Below, piece by piece: positions 1 to 13,062 of a DNA stretch of 64,000 nucleotides. Position 1 is the first letter of the stretch, and each line of letters begins with the position of its first letter. Source of the stretch: Octopus sinensis (taxonomy: Eukaryota); contig NC_043000.1 of the NCBI RefSeq assembly GCF_006345805.1, forward strand, positions 138,384,001-138,448,000. The letters run 5' to 3'. The notes below the pieces were generated by a model. That model had not been told where the DNA came from, ran no database searches, and saw only the letters and a program-made list of their open reading frames with translations. The translations under genes and the position numbers were made by a program.

Positions 1-1062
1 AAAATAGTTCCATGAGTATATTTCCTCTTCCAGTTATTCTTCATGCATTATTATTATATCTGTCTCTTCAAATACATTTCTTAGATTCTTACTCTGACTA
101 TGCGTTGCAGAGATTTCAAGGATCCATTTTGAAATAACAGTCATCTAAACATTATATTCGCCCACTTGATTCCCTTTAACAGCATTTCATCCTATGACTG
201 ATGAGATTTAAGGTGGGACAATAGTTCTTAGAAATTCCTTTTTGCTAGCATAATAATGCTGGGAGGTTTATCATTGAGTTTTATTGCTTATCCAATGAAT
301 ATCAGCAGCACAAAATCTTTTTTTGATTTAGGACTTAAAGGTGTATACAATGACTGCGCATAAAGAAAACTTAAACTCTTTCAATAAAAGCTTATTTGAT
401 TGTTTTTGCTTTTACAATTTTACACTTTCTTCCTGAAATAGCTTTACATCCATTTATACATGCTAACATGAAACGAAAGGATTTTCCAAACTTGAGTATT
501 TGCATATTTTCATCATCCATTATCTGTTTAATCAAGGGTAGAATAAAAATCTTCTCATCGAAGAAAGAATTGCTGGAGTGTGATTAATTTTTATGATTCA
601 TACATGTTTCTTCTTGATAATCAACTAAGAGGTATTTCACAAGTTACAAACAATTCTGCAATGTTATTAGATACATTTTTTTTTCAAGTGTACTTTGGAT
701 TGGTGGTAACACAAAATTAAAACAGGTCTGTGTGGTTAGCTCTTCTACTATGATTCAAGCACACATGAAAAATTAGGTTCAACATTGCACAATAATTAAT
801 CACTTATAAATTAATAGTGCTGTCAATGTTCATAGTAATGAACATGTTCCACTTTGTAGTTCACATTTATATTTAAGTCGGCTGTGCCTTTAAGTGTTAA
901 TTTGGTTGGTTATGAATAAAATCCAGCACTAGTAATAACTGGAAATCAAATGCCAGCTGTTTAACTGATTGTGAAGCACCCTAAAAACCTAGATGTTTAG
1001 TCATTGTCAAGTATTAAATGATAGGGTACCAAATGGAATGTCATATTCTTCAGCTCTTTTAC

Positions 1063-1240
1063 TGAATTCACTCATTGGAGTGCAGCCATAATGGAGTGTG
1101 ACCTTGAAGATTTCGATCACTCAGATTAATTCCAGTGCATATTTTAAAATTTGCTGCATTATCTTACAGTTCTTTTTGGTCAAACTTAAGTTATGGGAAT
1201 ATAAACAAACCAATGTTGGTTACCATGCATGCTTATACAC
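1063..1240 (-). mobile_element. Decayed family-A SINE tail half
   Basis: Degenerate match to the family-A tail (cttttact..tcattggagtgcagccat..ctaagttatggg..taaacaaacca). Confidence 0.5.
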
Positions 1241-1280
1241 ATGAATACATACATGCATAAATACATACATACATACTTAC

Positions 1281-1658
1281 AAGTTCAGATTTATACCTGT
1301 AATTATCAGAGCTCTGAGATATGTAACACACTACCTAAATACCAATCTTGAGAAATTAGGATTCTCAAAACCAGACAGGAGAAAGCTAATTCGAAGACTA
1401 CAGATCCAATCCATCACTGGAACTGTAAAAATTTGTAACACTTACCAGAAGTTATTATTTAAATATACATGAACATGTCTAGATATGCAACTATATGCAT
1501 GAGAATGCAAATCTGCACATACATACATACATACATACATACAAAAATACTCTGTTGTTGATGTTGAAATTCTAATGAAAGGATCTAGATTGGAAACCAA
1601 TTCTTTCTCTATTGGCAAGAAATCGTAAAATAAACTGAATAGTGACATACATACATAC
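1281..1658 (+). mobile_element. 3' end of REL-endonuclease non-LTR retrotransposon with (TACA)n tail
   Basis: Translates as FIPVIIRALRYVTHYLNTNLEKLGFSKPDRRKLIRRLQIQSITGTVKIC, like the C-terminal IPIIIGALG...LQ...G.VKI segment of REL-type LINE ORFs. (TACA)n on both sides. Confidence 0.7.
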
Positions 1659-1940
1659 ACACGCACACACATACACATACACACACAATGATGGACTCTC
1701 CTATCATAAATGTCAGAGGAGAGTTCTGCAAATTCTCATCCAAACAACCTGCACAAATAATTTGTGGATAGTGATCAGAAGTTTCTGTTGCACATTAGCT
1801 CACTTTCTCCATCAAGTCAACATTACCCATACACGTGCACAATATGTTACATGTCACATGACAAAGCGATTGCAGAAAAACATGAAATGAAGAGCTTTGC
1901 TCAAGAACACAATGCACTGTATATATATATATATATATAT

Positions 1941-2168
1941 TTCTTTACTGCCCACAAGGGGCTAAACACAGAGGGGACAAACAAGGACAGACAAAGGGAT
2001 TAAGTCGATTATATCGACTCCAGTGCGTAACTGGTACTTTATTTATCGACCCCGAAAGGATGAAAGGTAAAGTCGACCTTGGCGGAATTTGAACTCAGAA
2101 CGTAACGGCAGACGAAATACGGCTACGCATTTCGCCCGGTGTGCTAACGTTTCTGCCAGCTCACCGCC
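1941..2168 (-). mobile_element. tRNA-derived SINE family B
   Basis: Minus strand ggcggtgagctggcagaa (A-box-like) ... gagttcaaattcc (B-box-like) ... gcctttcatcctttcggggtcgataaa; several near-identical copies in the window. Confidence 0.9.
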
Positions 2169-2419
2169 AATATATATATATATATATGCACACTCACACA
2201 CACACACACAAGTATGTATATATGCAACAGGCTTCAGTAAACATTTTCCTTCTGAAATTCATTCACAAGATAATGGCCAATTTGAGGCTACAGTAGCACA
2301 TTGGATTTTGAACAACTCTGATCATGAATAAATCGTGCTTTATATATAAATATATATATATACAAATGTTCAGAGGCATTCATAAAACCAAGGTGCTATA
2401 CTGTATTAAATGAATATGA

Positions 2420-2580
2420 GAAAGACAAGAGATAAAGCATGATTCATTCATGATTGGAGGCGTTAAAAAACCGAGGCTCAACTGTATATTAAAAGACATT
2501 TGCCCAAAGTGTCATGCTGTAAGACTGAGACTGAAAAATTGTGGTCGTGTAATAAACTTCTTAATCACAAAGCCATACAT
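2420..2580 (-). mobile_element. Decayed family-A SINE head
   Basis: aaagacatttgcccaaagtgtcatgc...tcacaaagccatac matches the reverse complement of the family-A head. Confidence 0.55.
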
Positions 2581-3202
2581 TTATCATGCATAAATTTCTG
2601 GATGATGTTTGCATCCTCACTATTAAACTTGGATATGAAAATTTTATTGTAATCACAAGACAAACATTATTGTCACTATTCCTGTTACAGATTTTCTGCA
2701 AATATTCTTCACATTGCTTTCAGTCATTCAAAATTCATTCTTGTCTTGCAAACACTGATTTCAGATTCCCCAAAACAAAATGTTATTTGGAGAAGTTGAG
2801 GAATAATGGAAAAGTTAGATATAATTTTATCCTGTATTCTTGAGGGTAATTTATTCCCAAGGGTTTTACAGGATCTCTAAGATTAATAGGGAGGAGGAGA
2901 AAGTTATTCTTTCTGGGTTATTTGGAATGATATCAAGAGGAGCAAATAAGTGCATAGACCAAATAACTGACAGCTCCAAAATAAATTAATTGCAAAAGAT
3001 CATAACTAGAGGCACCTCATATATTATACGTAAATTCGTCTCCATATATTTTTTGTTTTTTTCCCCTCAGACATCAGTGTTTTCAGTTGCATGTCCCCTC
3101 CCCTGCTAGCACTTTCAGATGCAAAACCTTGTCCTTAGACATCTCTGGTTGAGATTTCGTTGCAACTTGTGTAAATTAAAGTTAAAACAAAACATAATGA
3201 AA

Positions 3203-3660
3203 TAATAAATCTTTGTGTTATAGGCACAAAGCTTGAAATTTGGGGGGGGGGAGAGAAGTCAATTAAATTGATCCCAGTGTGCAACTTGTACTTACTTTAT
3301 TAATCTTGATAGGATGAAAGGCGAAGTCGATCTTTACAGAATTTGAACTCAGAACTTCAAGACAGACGAAATGCCACTAAGCATTTTGTCTGGCATGCTA
3401 ATGATTCCATCAGCTTGCTGCCTTTTTAATAATCATAATGATGATCCTTTCTACTATAGGCCCAAGGCCTGGAATTTGGGGGAGTGGGTAGTTGATTGCA
3501 TCGACCCCAGTACTCAACTGGTACTTAATTTATTGACCCTGACAGGACGAAAGGCAAAGTTGACCTCGGTGAAATTTGAACTCAGAACACAGCAATGGCC
3601 ACCATACAGCTAAGTATGTCACCCAGCACGGTAATGATTCTGCCAGCTCACCACCTTGAA
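3203..3660 (-). mobile_element. Two tandem older family-B-variant SINEs
   Basis: Units at about 3203-3425 and 3440-3660 share ggatgaaaggcaaagtcgacc..gaatttgaactcagaac and an aataat-ccttt-ctactataggc tail. Confidence 0.8.
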
Positions 3661-3994
3661 ATAATAATAATAATCATAATGACGACAACAACAACAGCAA
3701 CAATAACGTGCATTTCATTTTGAGTTTGCATTTATTGTAGGTAATTAATGTAATTGTTACTTGTAGGAAAATCAAATTTTTGCCAACAACCCTAAATAAC
3801 TACGAATAATTGTGAAAGAATGAGAATAATTAGAGAATTTACTGGCCAAAGCATACATAGAAGAAAAAGGAATTCTGCCTGATATTAAGTTGATAATGAA
3901 ACCTCAAACTTCTAAATAAGTTAATTTGTGTTACTCCTAGATAGAATAACGCTTTATATTATATCTTTAGAAAATTTGCTACATGTTTCTGAAG

Positions 3995-4200
3995 TATATC
4001 CTTTTACTCTGTTTGTGGCTTCAGTCATTGGACTGTGGCCAAGCTCGGACACCACTGTCACAACTTTTAGTCATTTATACGACTAATTTTATTATATTTC
4101 ATTCTCTCTTTCTACAGCATTTGTTTTATTGGTTCCAATGAATTACCACGTTACAGTTTGACATAAATGAACAGAACCACCAAATCAGTTTAAGCTGTTA
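3995..4200 (-). mobile_element. Highly decayed family-A SINE tail
   Basis: cttttactc..ttcagtcattggactgtggcca matches the family-A terminus. Confidence 0.45.
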
Positions 4201-5334
4201 AACATAAAAACGGCTACATATATATATAGATACATATACGCACATATATTTGGTAGTAAAGTGAAATGCATCACAACAAGACTATTTCAAGTGTGATATG
4301 ATCCATAGAACTAAATATAACTAAGTCCTCATTGAAATGACAGCTATGTATTTAAATAAAAGATCTGAAACGATAGATTTTATTTATAAGGCTCTCAATG
4401 ATATTTCATGAACAAGAATATATTTTACACATTAAAGTCTGGCTCGAAATGTCATCTTAACTAATAGTATATACAAAGTAATATACATATTAGAATAATA
4501 TACAAAATTCTACATGTATATTTGTAGTATATTCAATTAAATATGATTACAAAGCCTTGAGATTAGGATAATACTCGAAGTAATAACATAGAAAATTATA
4601 AAAGTAAAGTGTTTAGCTTAAGCTATCTTTTAGAATATTTCTAATAAAAATGAGATGGAAGGAAGAAAGAAAAGAATATTAATTTAGAAAAAGTAAAGAA
4701 ATATTAAATGAATTCATAAAATGACTCATTAATCCGCAAATTATGTCATTTTATTTAATTATGTAGTAATTTGGATCCTAACTAATATCAATTTTCTATG
4801 CATTTCCTACTCAATTGTAAATTCTGTAGTAGTAAATTGGAAGTAAATCTATTCCTGGTGAGGATGTTGAACCACTGAATGAAGATTTCCTTAACAATAG
4901 ATTTGGACTCAGTAACACTATCATTTTTCTTCAAGCAAAGCACGACATCAAATTTGCTATGGATGTAGAAGTTAAATGTATTGAAGGCAGTGCCACAGCT
5001 TGGCTTTGTTGTGATGTTTGAAACTGTTATATCGCAATACTACACAGTGGCTGTGTGAGCTACGAAAATCCTCGTCGCCACCTTTATGTCGCACATTTGG
5101 ATGCCTCTACTACTCAACTCTACTCCACTCTATTCCTGGTCCCCGACTGCTACCCAACTGTGCTCGACTCCTCTACTCTGTCGACGTCTAGGCTTCTCCC
5201 TCTATGCCTATGTATTGGGCTAGCCTACTTCATTGTCTGGGGGTGTTTACACAACGGAAACAAATTAGGAGATGACAGGAAACTGAGACTCCTGGGAGTT
5301 TAGTGTGCCTGTGAGAACATGTCAAGCTAAGCAA

Positions 5335-5640
5335 AAGTGTGGTCGTTCCTTGCATACAGGCATGTCCCCAGCATCTTTCTCCTGCTGAATATTCCTAGTC
5401 TTGTGGGTTCTTGGGTGCTGGTGCAACATAAAAGCACTCATACCAGTGCCATGTAAAAGCACCCATGCCAGTGCTGTGAAAAGTAGTTGGCATTAGGAAG
5501 GCATCTGGCCAAAGAAACCATACCCCAAACAGACCCAGCCTGGGCAGCTCTTCAGCTGGTCAGCTCCTGTTAAACCATCTAACCCATGCCAGCATGGAAA
5601 ACAGATGTTAGATGATGATGATGATGATGATAATGATGAT
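5335..5640 (+). mobile_element. Family-C retroposon with (GAT)n tail
   Basis: gttggcattaggaaggca...aacccatgccagcatggaaaacagatgttagatgatgat; 5' part shared with the copy at 17110. Confidence 0.8.
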
Positions 5641-5882
5641 ATCTAGAGACAGTATGTAGCATCTGTGATAGGACATAATGATTCCTAAGCATTTTGCTGG
5701 CCATTCTATTGATTTCATCATCTACATTCTCTCAATGGATCTTGCTACCTATTTATCGGTAGTTCAATATTCTATCAATGCATTCATTTTACCTCTCTAA
5801 TGACACACAACTTTGAGAAACCAAATTGATGACTAATGTATTTGCCTCAAGTGTATATTGTTTCCTTGTCATCCTTTGCCAG

Positions 5883-6031
5883 ATCCTCCTCACCATCATC
5901 ATCCCCATCATGATCAGCAGCAGCAGCAGGCCATTCAAGAATTTGGACCAGGAGATCCTCATTTCCAGCGACTTCAAGGCCACCTCCCAGTGGTGTCAGA
6001 CATCAACGAAGAGCCCTCGACTACAAGATGA
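5883..6031 (+). CDS. Putative terminal coding exon of an unidentified gene (His/Gln-rich C-terminus)
   Basis: Acceptor tgtttccttgtcatcctttgccag|A, phase 1, reads (D)PPHHHHPHHDQQQQQAIQEFGPGDPHFQRLQGHLPVVSDINEEPSTTR*. GC-richer than the flanks; AATAAA about 270 nt downstream. Confidence 0.5.
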
Positions 6032-6301
6032 CCAAAGTTTTTTTTTGCAAGATCTGGGCTCTCCTGCCCCTAAGCCCTAGACCATCCCCTAATCACCAAT
6101 ACCTGTCTTGTTGCTTAACAACAACAACAACAACAGCAGCAGCAGCAGCACAGCATCTCACCACTTATTGGCACTCTTCTGTCATCTCTTTCAGAAGGTT
6201 CAACAGTCAGGAATCGACTTTCACTGTTTTTTTTCCCATGTTTAACAGGTGTAAAATTACTGCAAATAGATTGGATGGTTAAGCTTTAAATTTCAAAAAA
6301 G

Positions 6302-6307
6302 AATAAA
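6302..6307 (+). promoter_or_regulatory. Candidate polyadenylation signal
   Basis: AATAAA followed by U/GU-rich tttattttatttgtttattttgttttg, downstream of the candidate terminal exon. Confidence 0.3.
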
Positions 6308-6722
6308 TTTATTTTATTTGTTTATTTTGTTTTGAGTATATTTTTACGGTTTAGTCAGTAATTACACACACATATATATATAAATATATATATGTATATT
6401 TGTGAACAAATAAAACATGGTCCACACACACACTGGTTCAAATGATCAAAAATAGATAAATAAATAAATATATATAATAAGTAAATAAATCTACACGTTA
6501 TTGAATTGTTAATTTATCGTTAGCAAAATTGTCAAAGGATTTGATGTGCAATGACACAGCCATTCATTTAAATTCAAATTATAATTGAGAGAGGTAAGGC
6601 AAATTGAGAGAAATATTAAAATAAAAGATGCTTACAGCCTTGTTAAAACCTGTCTAAAATCTCTAGAAAATTTAATGTCTTTATGGTGAAGATGTGAGCA
6701 ACAGTTTATGAGTTTATGCAGT

Positions 6723-6989
6723 GTAGAGACACATGGGCTAGTGGTTAGAGTCGCGGTCGAGGGATCACAGGTTCGAATCTTAGACTGAGTGATCTGTGTG
6801 TTTATGAGCGAAACACCTAAGCTTCTGCTGACTTTTTTGTCGCAACTTTCTCTCACTCTTTCCTCCTGTATCTTGCAGCTCACCTGCGATGGACTGGCGT
6901 CCCATCCAGGTGGGGAACCTATACACCAAGGAAACCGGGAAACTGGCCCTTGTGAGCCAGGCATGGCTCGAGAAGGAACAAACAACAAG
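6723..6989 (+). mobile_element. tRNA-derived SINE family E
   Basis: tagtggttagag...ggttcgaatc head; body and ggctcgagaaggaacaaacaa tail match 52185-52500. Confidence 0.85.
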
Positions 6990-8796
6990 TTTATGCGGTG
7001 TGTTATCAGCATCAGTTTCCTCAGTTTGGAGCATCTTTGAAGGTTATAGGCACTGCACGTTCTGCAAACCTAACGAGGAGGTTAGACAACCCCCAAGTTC
7101 TTTTTTATGAACTTTGAAACTAGTGGTAGGAATGAAGGTAAAAGCTAAAATGCAAAGCTTTGATCTATACAAAGCAGAACATGAAGTGAGGTAGATAGAT
7201 TGAATGCTTACATCAGAGTGACATCCAATAAAGGCTACCTGACTGGATAGTTAAGTCTATCATCCTTTCTTCACATGTAGCAAGCAAAAACAGAATAGAT
7301 GAAAAGAAAGAGCACACCAAATTGTATGTTCTCTCACATGACCTTTCAGCATCGTGAAGATTTTTGATAAGGTTGATTCCACAACTCCCTATTTTCCACT
7401 GCTCTCTTATCTTCAACTGATTCCGCCATTCATTATTTTAGTTTACTTTGGCTTGCTTAGACGATAACCTTCAAGAATAATTATGATAATTATGGTAATT
7501 CATTACAAATTTAAATATTGGTTATATCCATGTAAATTTCTGTAATATCCTTGTATTATCTTGCTCTAACAGGCAAGTGTTTGTGATATGCTGGTTAAAA
7601 ATCACAGTTTTGCAGTATCATTTCAAATAAAATAATTTTAATATTTTCATGTAATTAAAATGTTAACTCTGTAGTTAACATCTTCAATAGAGAAGAATCG
7701 TGTTTATAATTAAGAAAAGCCATTCTGTTTTTTAACAATTTTGTCTTTTATTTTGGGTAACAAATTAATATTTTTAACAAATTAATCTGATATCTGAAAG
7801 AAGTGGTTGTTTGTAAGGCCTTTGTGGGTTCTCAGCAGATAACAGAAAGCATGACTCTGTGACTGTTCCTCTCAACTATGCTTACATACAAATGCATTCA
7901 AGTGTGTTTGCATTTAAAAAAAAAATCTGTATATTGTATATAATTTCTATTTATATACATATGTAATAAGTATATGTATAGGAAAATAAAAATAAAAATA
8001 AAATAAAAATAAGAAATAAGTGGAAATTTTACCGGTGGGTGTGTTACATTATAAGGTACAAAAAGAAAATGACTCTCCCCAGACACAACAGAATATGCTT
8101 CAACACACGAACTCACATAAAGAATCTTGCAAACCAAATCCCAAAACGAAATACATATGTATTCTTATATAAATAAAAATGATTTTATTTTATTTTTTAT
8201 TACATTCTGATGTTGACAATTTCTGCAAGGCTGACTTCTTTCAGTGTTTCCATATTTGTTGCAATATTAAATCTTCTTCCCTACCCTTATATTAGTATCC
8301 CTAAACAGTGACATAGCTAAAGTGTGTGCTGCTTGGGACAACCCTTGAGTTTGCTGCCCCACTTAGACACCCACATAAAATATACTGTATTGTGAAAGGA
8401 TCCCTTTTTAAGGGTTATCCCCATAAAAGCGTTGCCTTGGGTAGACTAGTCATCCCTGCCCAATACCACCCACAGTACTGCCTCTGCATTACCTTGTCTC
8501 TGTAAAAAATAAATATAGCATTGCAGTTTCCATTTTTTTGCATTATCCCATTTCTTTCCTTTTTTTCATCACCATGCTTATCGATGACTAAATACTTAAA
8601 ATATAGCCAGTCACCTCACCTGAGCAAATATGAGATGATAAGGTGTAACCATACTTTTGTTAATTGCTTTACGTGTCACTGTAAATTTGCAAGAAGACAG
8701 ATTGTTTCTCTGTCCACTCACCTCTGACCCATTGAATCATTCAGAATGTGATAGCCAGAAGGAAAGTCTCACATGGTACTGAATACTTTTGAATAC

Positions 8797-8925
8797 ACTG
8801 GAGCAATGTAAAATGAATTACCTTGCTCAAGGACAAAAACACACTATCTCTACTCCTGGAATATGTTTGTGGATTCATGTCTGTGTGATCATGAGACAAG
8901 CACCCTAAACACAAGACCATTCTGA
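8797..8925 (-). mobile_element. Decayed family-F SINE head
   Basis: Minus strand contains tgtccttgagcaag (CORE-like motif), as in 19986-20310. Confidence 0.5.
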
Positions 8926-10169
8926 TTCTTATACTTATAATGGCTGTAACCTGTAAAGAGGAACTGGCTCTACCGGACAAACTTAACCTGCAGCATACTC
9001 TCTGAAGACAATCCTTGAATGCAGTACAAAGAACTAATAGATAAATGGACATTTCTCTTTTCCCCTTACAGTTACAATGCTATTCAACAGGATTTATTTT
9101 AGTTCATAATAAAAGCCATTCCAGTTGTGACTATCCAGTCTTCTCATACACAGTTCAACTCAGATTACATTACCTAATGCCTTTCCTTTTTTTAAAGATG
9201 GCACTGTACATTTTGAGAGAGATTTGACCATTATTTCTAGCAATTCTAATGGTGTTATTCTAGATTCCACATGTACTTATTTTAGTGCTGGTTTTTACCA
9301 TAAATAATTTCAATCTCTTCAGTCTGAGTACAAATCCTGTTGTGATTGACCTAGCTTTTCATCCTCCCAGTGTATGACAGAATACATAACTGCAATATTC
9401 AGGAATTCCTCTATTTCACTATTGTAAGTTCTAGAAATATACTAAAAATCTGAATTTTTTTTTTCTTTACAGAAATTAGTTGAGAAGGAATTATTCACTG
9501 GAGGATATGACAAGGTTGATTAAATTGTATTTGTCATTTGAAATATTGCTACTAGTCTGTTGCATCACTGATATGCAATTCTCTGATTGCAAAATAAAAG
9601 ATTAAAAAAAAAAAAACAAAAAAAAAATATTAAAAAGATCTTTATTCCGAGAACATATCTGTTAAACGTTGATTCTTGAGTTGGACAATTTATTTGGTAG
9701 GGATGGCTTTTATTAATGGGCCGTTTGATATTATATAGTTATTTTGACTTCCTTTAAAGCCAAAAATATTGCTTATAGTTTAAAGTGTTTGCAAATGAAT
9801 CCAGTTTGAAGAATGCAATGAGATCTCTATTAGATTTCTTTAAGCTTATTCTAGTATTCACTTTGTCATAGGCTTTACTTTAATGAAATTGGTTCATGCT
9901 TGGGTTTATGTGTGGAAGTAGCCTCCAATGGCTGTGTTGGTGTTATTTCATCTGCTTTAAGAAGTCCCTTATATATTCTGAAGAAACTGTGTTTCATTTT
10001 GATAATAACAGAGCAAATGTGGACAAACAAAATCATGCACTAAATCTTTTCTTTGCATTCCTTTTGAAAATCAAACCTCATGATACCCAAGACACAGGAA
10101 CAAGATTAAATTTACCACCATTAAGATGAGTTCTTAAAGGTTTGGGATTTCCAAACAATATAAAAGCAG

Positions 10170-10229
10170 TGTGTATGCATACATACACAATCATATGTAT
10201 ATGTGAGTGTGTGTGTATATATAAATACT

Positions 10230-10261
<32 letters not shown>

Positions 10262-10296
10262 TATGTATAAGTATATATATATGTGTCATATGAATA

Positions 10297-10343
<47 letters not shown>

Positions 10344-10540
10344 ATATGTATATATATATATATGAGTGTGTGTATGTATATATGTGTGTGCATGTATATA
10401 TATGTATGTATGTATATATGTGTATATATATAAATGTGTATATATTTATGTATATATACACACACACACACAAACATACTCACACACATATATGTATGTA
10501 TGTGTGTATATATATATGTATATATATATATATGTATACC
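10170..10540. repeat. Compound (TA)n/(TG)n/(CA)n microsatellite
   Basis: Directly visible. Confidence 0.95.
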
Positions 10541-10869
10541 AGAAGATGCATGAAAGATAAAGAGCAATGGATGAGTTGTTAAAGTAATGGACTACTGAAG
10601 CAAGGAACCATGATCACAATCAACCACTGGCAGTTCCTTACATCTTTATGCTACATAAAATTGCTTGGCTCGCTTCCATTTACAAAGCTGCAAAAGCAAT
10701 TCCATTTCACAGTTATATCAATAGTATCAGAAACGTATATTCAACAGTAATTCAACAGCTTCAACAATTTCTGAAGATAACTGAACAAATCCAACTGTTG
10801 AAAATCCAAGCGGTCAATACAGAAAACTGGATGCACAAACATATGAATATTAAGTTATATCTCATACAG

Positions 10870-10910
10870 ATGGGTGTGTGTGTATGCGCACAAAGACGTG
10901 CATATATATA

Positions 10911-10960
<50 letters not shown>

Positions 10961-11420
10961 TATATATACTAGTAAATGTATTGTGTGTATATATATATAT
11001 GTATATGTGTATATATATATGTATATATATATATGTGTGTATATATATATATGTATATGTGTGTGTATATATATGTGTATATATATATGTATATATATGT
11101 GTGTGCATGTATATATATGTATATATATATGTGTATATATATGTGTATATATATGTGTATATATATGTGCATATATATGTAGATATATGTGTGTGTGTAT
11201 ATATGTATATATGTGTGTATATATATATATGTATATATGCATGTATATATATATATATAATTGATGTATATGTATGTGCATGTGTATATATATGTGTGTG
11301 TGCGTATATATATATATGTGTGTGTGTACATATGTATGTAAATATATATATATGTATATATATATATATGTATATATATGTATATACATATATAAGTGTA
11401 TACATATGTGTATATGTAAA
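10870..11420. repeat. Long compound (TA)n/(TATG)n microsatellite
   Basis: Directly visible; source of the YI/CV-rich pseudo-ORFs. Confidence 0.95.
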
Positions 11421-11841
11421 TTTGAAGCAGCATTCCACTGGTTATCAGATTAGCGTACTGACTTGATTACATAGTTATGTTCAAACATGATGATATCACT
11501 CATTGTGTTTTGCCCTGTATATGCTACATAATTTTTGTATGTTCTAATTTGTCTTGCTAAGAAATCCATCAGGATGTAAAATGGTAAAAAAAGGAAAAAT
11601 TCCAGAAACATAAATACGTGCATATTTGCAAAATTCCTCCTATTCAAGTTAGCTTTGAAAAGTTAATTAAAAATGGATGGAAAACTACACAAAATACTTT
11701 TCACCAGCTTATTATCATCTGAAAAATCCCAAACCTCCAAAAACTACCAAAATTCTGCTACAAAGAAATTACTTTAGTATTTTTAAGGCAATCCTACTGA
11801 TAATTAGATATCAGACTCCTTGTAAATTGTACAAGTGAATC

Positions 11842-11905
11842 ATCATCATCATCATGATCATCATCATCGTTTAACGTCCGCTTTCCCTGCTAGCATGGGT
11901 TGGAC
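11842..11905 (-). mobile_element. Family-C 3' terminal fragment
   Basis: (cat)n cgtttaacgtccgctttccctgctagcatgggttggac. Confidence 0.8.
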
Positions 11906-12029
11906 AATTTGAGTTTTAGCATCGTCATTAAATGTTTCATGATGTTTGACCAGTCTAGCTGCAGTGGTTTTGTAAAAAAGTACAAACTGGATCAAGCCTC
12001 AACATCCTTGTGCCCGGGGAAGGTAAATA

Positions 12030-12265
12030 CAATCCATGTCTGCTTTTGTGTGGTGCACCCATTCAATAGGTCTCCTTCACAGTTAAAGATTGGTACATCT
12101 TCACACAGCTGTCATGGTCCATATGTATCACATGCCTATACCAATGCAGTCGTCTGTCTTGCACACCACATCTGATGCTTCTTATGCCCAGTTTTTCTCT
12201 GAAGGTGTTTACACTTATATATGCACATTGACATTGCACATTCAGTGAAGCATGTTAGCTTAATT
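12030..12265 (-). mobile_element. RTE-clade LINE 3' ORF remnant
   Basis: Minus strand SVNTFREKLGIRSIRCGVQDRRLHWYRHVIHMDHDSCVK, similar to the RTE R.RL.W.GHV.RM motif. Confidence 0.75.
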
Positions 12266-12340
12266 TCTTTCAAGCCTTTGTATGTTTTCAGCAGTTACAG
12301 CTCATGTTTTACTGCCATGTAGCATAGCTGTTTGCATACC

Positions 12341-12566
12341 TATTTCTTTATTACCCACAAGGGGCTAAACATAGAGGGGACAAACAAGGACAGACATAGG
12401 TATTAAGTCGATTACATCGACCCCAGTGCGTAACTGGTACTTAATTTATCGACCCCGAAAGGATGAAAGGTAAAGTGGACCTCGGCGGAATTTGAACTCA
12501 CAATGTAACGCAGACGAAATACCGCTAAGCATTTCGCCCGGCGTGCTAACGTTTCTGCCAGCTCAC
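12341..12566 (-). mobile_element. SINE family B with 13-bp TSD
   Basis: Full copy; ctgtttgcatacc on both sides (12328-12340 and 12567-12579). Confidence 0.9.
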
Positions 12567-12946
12567 CTGTTTGCATACCCATGCACCATGCAATCTACCT
12601 TTCAAGCTGAAGGAAGGACCCTTTGTTACCAACAGAGGCAGGAGCTCTCTAAACTTTTACTAGCTTATTCTCATTCTAGTAGCTACACTATTGGAACATC
12701 CACCTCCGCTACTGACTTGGTCACCTAGATAACAGAAGCTATTGACTACTTCTAGCTTTTTCCCCTGGCATTTGATGAAGTCTATTTTCTGTACATTTTT
12801 AGAGTTTATTGTACCTGTGCACCTCCCACATGCAAAAACTATTTTCCCTGTTATTGTTGATATTGCTGCTCCCCTTGCTTTACAATACTGAGTTAATTCC
12901 TTCCTAGTTCAAATTTTCTCCCACACCACTTAGCTGTTCACCCCTT

Positions 12947-13062
12947 CTGCATTACGTTGTGAGTTCAAATTCTGCCGAGGTCGACTTTGCCTTTCATCCT
13001 TTCGGGATCGATAAATTAAGTACCAGTTATGCACTGGGGTCGATGTAATCGACTTAATACCT
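12947..13062 (+). mobile_element. Partial SINE family B
   Basis: ttgtgagttcaaattc...gacttaatacctat; truncated at both ends. Confidence 0.85.

Noticed and set aside
190-240. ctgatgag...gaaa as a hammerhead
   Set aside because: No stem II closing pair before GAAA and no stems I or III.
1-690. Minus-strand open stretch (FFDEKIFILPLIKQIMDDENMQ) as a transposase relic
   Set aside because: Only a faint resemblance; neighbouring motifs could not be recovered.
1448-1514. Minus-strand exon with a gtaagt donor
   Set aside because: Lies within a + strand LINE tail, and the acceptor lacks a pyrimidine tract.
4260-4460. Decayed Penelope end or hammerhead (ggctcgaaatgtc)
   Set aside because: CUGANGA core not recoverable; too degenerate to call.
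4790-5040. Segment open in register on both strands
   Set aside because: No start or usable splice sites and no recognisable protein.
8305-8490. Decayed CAGTGGCGTA-type MITE
   Set aside because: TIR match weak and no TSD.
8720-8796. Minus-strand exon with a strong gtgagt donor
   Set aside because: Stops in all three frames; the acceptor is SINE-derived.
10078-11466. Long YI/HT/CV-rich ORFs (up to 225 aa)
   Set aside because: Translations of (TA)/(CA) microsatellites, open in most frames on both strands.
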